24,000 bases of DNA. Origin: Clostridiales bacterium. GTDB taxonomy: Bacteria > Bacillota > Clostridia > TANB77 > CAG-508. The DNA is taken from NCBI GenBank assembly GCA_019417465.1, contig DXVF01000015.1, positions 1-24,000 on the forward strand, written 5' to 3'. The position numbers were made by a program, and so were the translations under genes. The notes beneath the pieces are model-generated. The model worked only from the letters and a program-made list of their open reading frames with translations. It searched no databases and was not told the origin of the DNA. Each line of letters starts with the position of its first letter. Position 1 is the first letter of the stretch. Below, in pieces: positions 18,665 to 24,000 of this stretch.

Positions 18665-20156
18665 AACAGAATTTCTAAAATTAAAATATCATGACGATGT
18701 AGAAAACAATACAGATGAGGTAGATGCAGAAGAATACTTTAATAACAATTATAAAAAGATAGATGCATATACAAAAAAACTCGAACAACAAAAAAATAAT
18801 TTATCTAAGCAAATGCCGTGGAACACAGTACAAGGCGAATCTCTACACATAGAAGACGCAGCAGAATGGAACGAAAATAGTTTAAGCATAGCTGGAAATT
18901 TGGAACAAGAGAAAAGAGAAGGGTATAACTTAGCAAAAATAGTTAGAACGTTAAAAGCAGTCAGCGGTGGTATTCCGAGTGGTGATTCTTCGGGAGGAAC
19001 TATAAATAGCATAGATGACAATAATATAAATTTTAAAATTACAAGTCAATATGCGGGCTTTATAACAGAACCTATAGAGGTCAAAAGTGGAGAAACAATA
19101 TATGCAAGTTTTAATTTAAGTGGAGGCAATTCTACAATAAGACAAGCATTTGTAAAAGTAAACGAAGATGGAAGTTATACTAGTTTGATCCTTAATACAG
19201 ATGTTGCAGACGGAAAAGTTAAAAAGACTTATACAGCTACAGAAAATCTAAAAGTTATATTTGAATTATATACAAAAAATGATGCTACATACACTATAGA
19301 TGTTAAAGAACTTATGATAGCAAAACAAGACAATTTAGATTACGAAGCCTACGGTGCAACACCTTCTATGGAATATCCTAGCATGCCAGTTGTGTGTACA
19401 GGAGAGCAGAAGATAAAAGTAAATGATGATATAGTAGAAACACTAGATTTAGGTTCTACAGAACTATGCAAAATAGTAGATAGTAACGGTAATACAGTAG
19501 CACAAGATAAAGCAGTGTACAAAAATGGCAAATGGCAGTGGGAGAAGAAGATTAAGAAATTAGTACTAACAGGTACAGAGAGCTGGGAGGAAACTACTGC
19601 AGCAGACGGATTTTATAGATATATGTATAAAGTAAATTCTACTGATTTAATTCACAATGCTTCTGCAAACGTCTATGGAGCTAATTCTCATTTTACTCAA
19701 AGAAATCAGCAAAGCCACGGACCATACGAGTATTTATGTGTACAGAAAAATCCAGCTGGAGGAAATATATACATACAATTAAAAGATATAGCTACAGTGC
19801 AAGAATTAACAACATTTTTAGCAGAACAATACTCTAAAGGTACACCTGTTACAGTTTATTACGTACTAGCAACGCCCGAATACATCGACTGCACAACAGA
19901 ACAATCCGCAGTCTTAGACAAACTATACAACAATTTTAAATTGCAGAAAGGTGTAAACAACATAATTGTAGAGACAGATAACGGTGTAGGTGTAGAAATG
20001 GACTTAAATTATATGCAGGATATTAACATATTAAGAGAACAAGAACATACAGAATTTAATAATAGAATAACAGCAATAGAAAACTTGTTAAGTACAACAC
20101 AAACAAGTGCAATGCTTTTAGATAATTTAGAGACTGATTTAGAAAGTGAGGTGTAA
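18657..20156 (+). CDS. Tail fibre / baseplate-associated protein
   Basis: 499 aa after tail lysin, coiled coil + carbohydrate-module-like region, MPWNTVQGESLHIEDAAEW. Confidence 0.55.
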   Translation: MLETEFLKLKYHDDVENNTDEVDAEEYFNNNYKKIDAYTKKLEQQKNNLSKQMPWNTVQGESLHIEDAAEWNENSLSIAGNLEQEKREGYNLAKIVRTLKAVSGGIPSGDSSGGTINSIDDNNINFKITSQYAGFITEPIEVKSGETIYASFNLSGGNSTIRQAFVKVNEDGSYTSLILNTDVADGKVKKTYTATENLKVIFELYTKNDATYTIDVKELMIAKQDNLDYEAYGATPSMEYPSMPVVCTGEQKIKVNDDIVETLDLGSTELCKIVDSNGNTVAQDKAVYKNGKWQWEKKIKKLVLTGTESWEETTAADGFYRYMYKVNSTDLIHNASANVYGANSHFTQRNQQSHGPYEYLCVQKNPAGGNIYIQLKDIATVQELTTFLAEQYSKGTPVTVYYVLATPEYIDCTTEQSAVLDKLYNNFKLQKGVNNIIVETDNGVGVEMDLNYMQDINILREQEHTEFNNRITAIENLLSTTQTSAMLLDNLETDLESEV

Positions 20157-20158
20157 AT

Positions 20159-20359
20159 ATGAATATAGCAACTTTATTAGAGAGATTAATAAATAAAAAA
20201 TTCTATGAAAACAAAAAAGTAATACAAAACAAATTAAATGTATTTTATGCAATGTCTAAAATAAGCGATGAAGAATTTAGTAATTTAACATTAAAAATAG
20301 AAGAAGTATATGTAGAAGTTACAGAAACATCTACAGAATCAGCAGAGGTGGTGGAGTAG
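20159..20359 (+). CDS. Small XkdX-like protein
   Basis: MNIATLLERLINKKFYENKKVIQNKLNVFYAMSKISDEEFSNLTLKI. Confidence 0.45.
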   Translation: MNIATLLERLINKKFYENKKVIQNKLNVFYAMSKISDEEFSNLTLKIEEVYVEVTETSTESAEVVE

Positions 20360-20593
20360 ATGGAGAATATAGTAAACTTAATAGCAAACTATGGAGTGTC
20401 TGCAATAGTAGTAGGCTTGTTTGTGTGGGACTGGGTAACTAATAAAAAGAAAATAACAGAGACTTTAGAAGAAATGAAAGTATCTAATAGTAATACTTCT
20501 AAGTCTCTAGAATTATTGCAGAAGAGTATGGAAAATCAAGAAAAAACTTTAGAAGAAATTAAGAAGGAGGTAATCTTATGCAAGAAGCAATAA
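20360..20593 (+). CDS. BhlA/UviB-like holin-associated protein
   Basis: N-terminal TM, charged coiled-coil tail; lysis cassette. Confidence 0.6.
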   Translation: MENIVNLIANYGVSAIVVGLFVWDWVTNKKKITETLEEMKVSNSNTSKSLELLQKSMENQEKTLEEIKKEVILCKKQ

Positions 20594-20769
20594 AACAATT
20601 CTTATTAAACATAGCAAATCTATTTAAAGTAAAAACAATATTAAGCTTAGCAGTAATAATAACAGTATGTATTTTAACTTTTAAAAATGTAGTAAGTGTA
20701 GAAGCCTTTATGGCAATAGCAAGTGCTATTATTACATATTACTTTACAAAGAAAGAGAAGGAGGAATAA
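20578..20769 (+). CDS. Holin (two TM segments)
   Basis: LSLAVIITVCILTFKNVVSVEAFMAIASAIITYYFTKKEKEE. Confidence 0.6.
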   Translation: MQEAIKQFLLNIANLFKVKTILSLAVIITVCILTFKNVVSVEAFMAIASAIITYYFTKKEKEE

Positions 20770-20771
20770 AT

Positions 20772-21386
20772 ATGTTAAATATAAGACAACGTCAAATGAA
20801 TTTAAAATTTTTAGGATTTTACAATAAGTCTATAGATGGTGTAGAAGGAGAAGGAACAAAACAAGCTTATAAGGATTTTCAAAAAACTAACGGACTTGTT
20901 GTAGATGGAATCTACGGTGTAAATACAGATGCTAAACTAATAGCAGTAATAAAAGAAATACAAAAAAGTTTAGGAGTTACTGCAGACGGTGTAGCAGGAG
21001 AAATCACAACAAAGGCAAGAGATAATAAAAATCTTAGTTGGGACAATATAAAGCACTTCAAAAAGACAGAATTTACTTGTAAATGTGGTTGTGGAATGAA
21101 TAACATAGATTTAAAACTAGTTAATGTTTTAGAAGATATTCGTAATCATTTCGGACAAGCTTGCGTAGTTACAAGCGGTTGTAGATGTGCAACACATAAC
21201 AAAAGAGTTGGTGGAGTGCAAGGTTCTAGACATGTTAGTGGTAAGGCATCTGATATCTATGTAAAAGGTGTAAGTGCTAATACGTTACTTGCTTATACTA
21301 AATCTTTAGTAAGTAAAGGTAAATTAAGATATACATATACAAATGGTTCAAATATGAACGGTGTAGTGCATGTAGATATAAATTAA
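20772..21386 (+). CDS. Endolysin: peptidoglycan-binding domain + M15-type peptidase
   Basis: FYNKSIDGVEGEGTKQAYKDFQK and FTCKCGCG...VVTSGCRCATHNKRVGGVQGSRHVSGKASDI..GVVHVDI. Confidence 0.85.
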   Translation: MLNIRQRQMNLKFLGFYNKSIDGVEGEGTKQAYKDFQKTNGLVVDGIYGVNTDAKLIAVIKEIQKSLGVTADGVAGEITTKARDNKNLSWDNIKHFKKTEFTCKCGCGMNNIDLKLVNVLEDIRNHFGQACVVTSGCRCATHNKRVGGVQGSRHVSGKASDIYVKGVSANTLLAYTKSLVSKGKLRYTYTNGSNMNGVVHVDIN

Positions 21387-21432
21387 CAAAGTTGAGTAGT
21401 TTTATACTAACTGCAACAAAATAGAAAGAAAT

Positions 21433-21456
21433 AGAGCTAGATTAATTTCTAGCTCT
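21433..21456 (+). terminator. Hairpin/terminator after lysis genes
   Basis: AGAGCTAGA-TTAATT-TCTAGCTCT. Confidence 0.5.
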
Positions 21457-21468
21457 GAAACAAAAAAA

Positions 21469-21556
21469 GAATGTTGATTCTGGTTCAACATTCAAAACCT
21501 CGAGTCACGTCTAAGCGTTCACACGAATAGATTACTGGTTCTATTCAACCTCGAGT
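21469..21556 (+). repeat. Two tandem hairpin + CCTCGAGT repeat units
   Basis: GAATGTTGA-TTCTGGT-TCAACATTC..CCTCGAGT and GAATAGA-TTACTGGT-TCTATTC..CCTCGAGT. Confidence 0.6.
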
Positions 21557-21605
21557 GATACCTTATACAAGGTACTCTCTGTAAATTATATTAACAGATT
21601 ACAAA

Positions 21606-22065
21606 TTATATGTCAAGAGCTTTTTCATATTTGTATATAAGGTTACCAAAGTATTTTTCTTCAGCTTCTTTACGTACTTTTATAGCTTCTTCTAAAGTAT
21701 TATAATAACCTAGATGAATTGTTTTTTTATTAACGGTTATTCGAACTCTATATTTATTACCTACAATTGTAATTCCGAGGATATCCAGTTTTATTGTTTT
21801 TTTGAGTATTGTTTAAATTATAGAGTATTCGTTTTTCTTTGCAAGTTTCATTTGCTAAATTAGACAAATTTCCTCTAACATTACAACCACAACTTTTTAC
21901 TTCACCGTTAAAAACCTGAGTAAATACCATTTCTTTAATATTTCCGCAATCACATTTAAATAAAGCTAATTTAGAATTATTTTTATCTATTTTATTTAAG
22001 TTTTTAATTAGAGTAAGTTTATTAAATTTTTTACCGATATAATTATCTATATTATAACCTCTCAT
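21606..22065 (-). CDS. Zinc-ribbon + AP2-domain protein (homing-endonuclease-like), 152 aa if +1 shift is made
   Basis: FKCDCGNIKEMVFTQVFNGEVKSCGC + NNKTGYP-GITIVGNKYRVRITVNKKTIHLGYYNTLEEAIKVRKEAEEKYFG; the AP2 core only appears in the +1 frame after CGG. Confidence 0.85.
21775..21777 (-). other. +1 recoding site 9 (AP2 protein): CCT CGG A -> C GGA
   Basis: Frame 0 gives CGG AAT TAC AAT TGT AGG TAA; +1 restores the AP2 domain. Confidence 0.9.
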
Positions 22066-22066
22066 A

Positions 22067-22241
22067 TCAAGCCTTCTTTATAATAATTTCTTTTTTTATA
22101 TTATCATAAATTAATTTAACTTGTCTATTTTTTTCATCAATTCCGCATATCTTTTAATATAGAAGAGGGAAGAGTAAGCCTTTTCGTGATGCTTCCACTT
22201 CCGGCTTTATTAAAAGATACATTTAATATTCTTTCTTCCAT
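22067..22241 (-). CDS. AbrB/SpoVT-like small DNA-binding protein, 57 aa if +1 shift is made
   Basis: GGAGG SD; MEERILNVSFNKAGSGSITKRLTLPSSILKDM-GIDEKNRQVKLIYDNIKKEIIIKKA*. Confidence 0.8.
22143..22145 (-). other. +1 recoding site 10 (AbrB-like): ATG CGG A -> C GGA
   Basis: Frame 0 gives CGG AAT TGA; +1 restores GIDEKNRQVKLIYDNIKKEIIIKK. Confidence 0.9.
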
Positions 22242-22249
22242 GAATCCTC

Positions 22250-22747
22250 CTATTTAATTATATTTAAGATTTCTTCTACTTTATTTTCAATCTCATCATT
22301 ATAAAAAATATTTGTTATTTCATCAGCGTTACCTTGCCATACAATTTTTTCACATTTAGCAACTATTTCTCCGTCATGCCCTTTAGCAACTTCTTCACCT
22401 TCGAAAATTGTAATTATTTTTCTATCATCATATTTGTAGTTATTAGAAAATTCGATTCCTTCTTCGCTTAATTCGAAACAAGAACAACCGTTTAAAGTCC
22501 ATTCATCTTTAATAAATTCTTTTACTAATTCATTAAATTTTTCGTTATATTCTTCTTCTGTAATTTCTTCATCTAATAATTTTTCTTGTAATTCATTGTA
22601 TGTATCTAAATAATAACCTTGCACAAAATATCCTTCATCTTCAAATTCAAATATTGCCATTTCTTCTGCATTATGTCCGTATAAAACTGATGTATGTTCT
22701 GTTCCTTTGAAATTTTCTTTTTCACAATCAAATCTAAAATATAACAT
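22250..22747 (-). CDS. Acidic protein of unknown function
   Basis: AGAGAGGTAATTAAA-ATG start MLYFRFDCEKENFKG; supplied track starts further upstream. Confidence 0.55.
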   Translation of the reverse strand: MLYFRFDCEKENFKGTEHTSVLYGHNAEEMAIFEFEDEGYFVQGYYLDTYNELQEKLLDEEITEEEYNEKFNELVKEFIKDEWTLNGCSCFELSEEGIEFSNNYKYDDRKIITIFEGEEVAKGHDGEIVAKCEKIVWQGNADEITNIFYNDEIENKVEEILNIIK

Positions 22748-23046
22748 TTTAATTACCTCTCTCTCATTTGTTAAATATATTATACATGACGTAACGTCAA
22801 ATGTCAACACTTTTTTCAAAAAAATATAAAAAATTTTTAAAATGTTTAAAACATGCTAAAATCAAGACATAAAAGTATATGTTTAAGATATAAAAAAGGC
22901 TTAAAATTGATTGTAGTGGGTCGGTTCTAAAACAAAATAATCACGAATAGAATTATAATAATATGAGAATAATAAAAGTGATACAAAGCAAACTTTACAA
23001 ATTATGTAAATTGTTGTATAATAATAAATAACTCGAGATGTTTTAA

Positions 23047-23145
23047 ATGTTGACAAATGAAATTAGAATGATAAAATTAAAAAAGAAGTCGAAAAATGTT
23101 AATGAAATGCTTAAGCAAGAAAACAAAGAAAATGCAAAAGACTAG
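23047..23145 (+). CDS. 32-aa basic/helical peptide
   Basis: MLTNEIRMIKLKKKSKNVNEMLKQENKENAKD*; stop lies inside a terminator stem. Confidence 0.35.
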   Translation: MLTNEIRMIKLKKKSKNVNEMLKQENKENAKD

Positions 23146-23157
23146 CAATAGTCTTTT
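23136..23157 (+). terminator. Terminator (tandem, first)
   Basis: AAAAGACTA-GCAA-TAGTCTTTT. Confidence 0.7.
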
Positions 23158-23164
23158 TTATTTT

Positions 23165-23187
23165 AGACTAGCAAACGCTAGTCTTTT
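23165..23187 (+). terminator. Terminator (tandem, second)
   Basis: AGACTAGC-AAAC-GCTAGTCT + TTT. Confidence 0.6.
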
Positions 23188-23257
23188 AACGTATTCGACA
23201 ATTTTTACGATACAAAGTAAACATAAAGTTGTATAATAATCACAAGAGGTGATTACT

Positions 23258-23410
23258 ATGAAAAATTATAGAATAGAATTACTTATTACAAAGAATCGTG
23301 CGAGATTGGAACGAATGATAAAGGAAGATTACAGCAAAAGTAAGATATTAAGACAAAGTCAAAAACTTGATAAATACATAAATATAATGATGAGAGAACT
23401 AGTGAAATAG
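23258..23410 (+). CDS. Spo0E-like aspartyl-phosphate phosphatase family protein
   Basis: AGAGGTG SD; short two-helix protein with ...ILRQSQKLDKYINIMM (SQxLDxxI signature). Confidence 0.6.
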   Translation: MKNYRIELLITKNRARLERMIKEDYSKSKILRQSQKLDKYINIMMRELVK

Positions 23411-23465
23411 TTATCTTTTTGCATAATAGATAAAATTCTACAAATACTAAGAAGTAGGTGATATT

Positions 23466-23648
23466 ATGAATTATTATAAAAAGAGCTTAAAAGAATTTAA
23501 GAGAAAATTGAAAGAAAATAAAAACATAACAAAAGAAGAATGGGATAAGTATGCACATGAAAATTGTTTATTTAGTGTATTTACTTTAATGGCACATGCA
23601 GATGTGGAAAGATTTGAGGAATTGAAGAAGATGTATATATTGTTTTAG
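23466..23648 (+). CDS. Small protein of unknown function
   Basis: MNYYKKSLKEFKRKLKENKNITKEEWDKYAHENCLFS..., AGGTG SD. Confidence 0.5.
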   Translation: MNYYKKSLKEFKRKLKENKNITKEEWDKYAHENCLFSVFTLMAHADVERFEELKKMYILF

Positions 23649-23680
23649 AAGTGCAGATACTAACATCTAGGTGATGTTAT

Positions 23681-24000
23681 GTGAATGTATATAGAAAAAT
23701 AAGAGCATTGCAAAGAAAATTAAATGATAGTATTACGAAAAATGGATTAAGTAATGATAAAACAGTAGAATTAAGTTTAGAAATAGATGAATTAATAAAT
23801 AATTATTATAAACAAACAGAAGTGAGAAAATATCCAAGTGACAGTCCGATTCTATATTATTTTAATGTAAGCTATAATAGACTAAAGGATTATACAGAAG
23901 AAAAAAATAAATTCCCAACTGTGCAAGAATGGAATAGATATGCTAAAGCAAATAATTTACTTTCTACAGAAAGCATTAAATATATAGCAATATTGAAGTG
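23681..24000 (+). CDS. Spo0E-like N-terminus fused to a longer domain (truncated by window end)
   Basis: GTG start; VNVYRKIRALQRKLNDSITKNGLSNDKTVELSLEIDELINNYYKQ...FPTVQEWNRYAKANNLLSTESIKYIA. Confidence 0.5.
   Translation, partial: MNVYRKIRALQRKLNDSITKNGLSNDKTVELSLEIDELINNYYKQTEVRKYPSDSPILYYFNVSYNRLKDYTEEKNKFPTVQEWNRYAKANNLLSTESIKYIAILK

Noticed and set aside
3741-19531. Long minus-strand ORFs in the supplied track (e.g. 3741-4121, 8438-8620, 9854-10150, 14475-14774, 16740-16928, 18749-19021)
   Set aside because: They are shadows of well-supported plus-strand genes, lack SDs and have low-complexity or no recognisable motifs.
2844-22241. Random sequencing or assembly indels as the source of the split genes
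   Set aside because: All ten breaks share one direction (+1) and one codon (in-frame CGG followed by N), occur outside homopolymers, and never occur at the many out-of-frame CGG or other GG sites. Random errors would not respect the reading frame. Raw reads should still be inspected.
2844-22241. Pseudogenisation / decaying prophage
   Set aside because: No in-frame stops, deletions or frame losses other than the CGG sites and the normal gpG/gpGT site; SDs, operon order and motifs are intact.
1-24000. CRISPR array, transposase or integrase
   Set aside because: No regularly spaced direct repeats of CRISPR type and no DDE/recombinase motifs found; the only tandem units are the two at 21469-21556.

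Overview
The window is the late (packaging, head, tail, lysis) module of a low-GC Firmicute siphophage or prophage. It carries terminase small and large subunits, an SPP1-like portal, a minor head protein with a C-terminal domain resembling toxin-type nucleases, a scaffold, a P22-like coat protein, head-tail connectors, a tail tube, gpG/gpGT chaperones with a classic A_AAA_AAG -1 site, a tape measure, a tail-associated lysin/fibre with an S74-like chaperone, two holin-like proteins and an M15 endolysin. A minus-strand accessory cluster (AbrB-like, AP2/zinc-ribbon) and Spo0E-like small genes follow. The main observation is that six genes are each split into adjacent ORFs by ten +1 shifts, and every shift falls exactly on an in-frame CGG codon (CGG N read as C|GGN, so translation resumes at a Gly codon). 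The genes are terL (2 sites), minor head (1), tape measure (2), tail lysin/fibre (3), AP2 protein (1) and AbrB-like protein (1). I scanned every CGG trinucleotide by eye in the genes called here. About 50 others lie inside coding sequence and all are out of frame, so I found no in-frame CGG that reads through as ordinary Arg. The other Arg codons (CGA, CGT, CGC, AGA, AGG) are used normally, and stops are standard. This suggests CGG is unassigned or recoded and serves as a +1 frameshift (or CGGN quadruplet) signal, on both strands and in unrelated genes. Secondary observations are a lipoprotein moron with its own promoter and terminator inside the head operon, a structured non-coding insertion with three tandem terminator-like hairpins before the scaffold gene, a small hydrophobic peptide gene, a leader-like hairpin, and tandem hairpin repeats after the endolysin.
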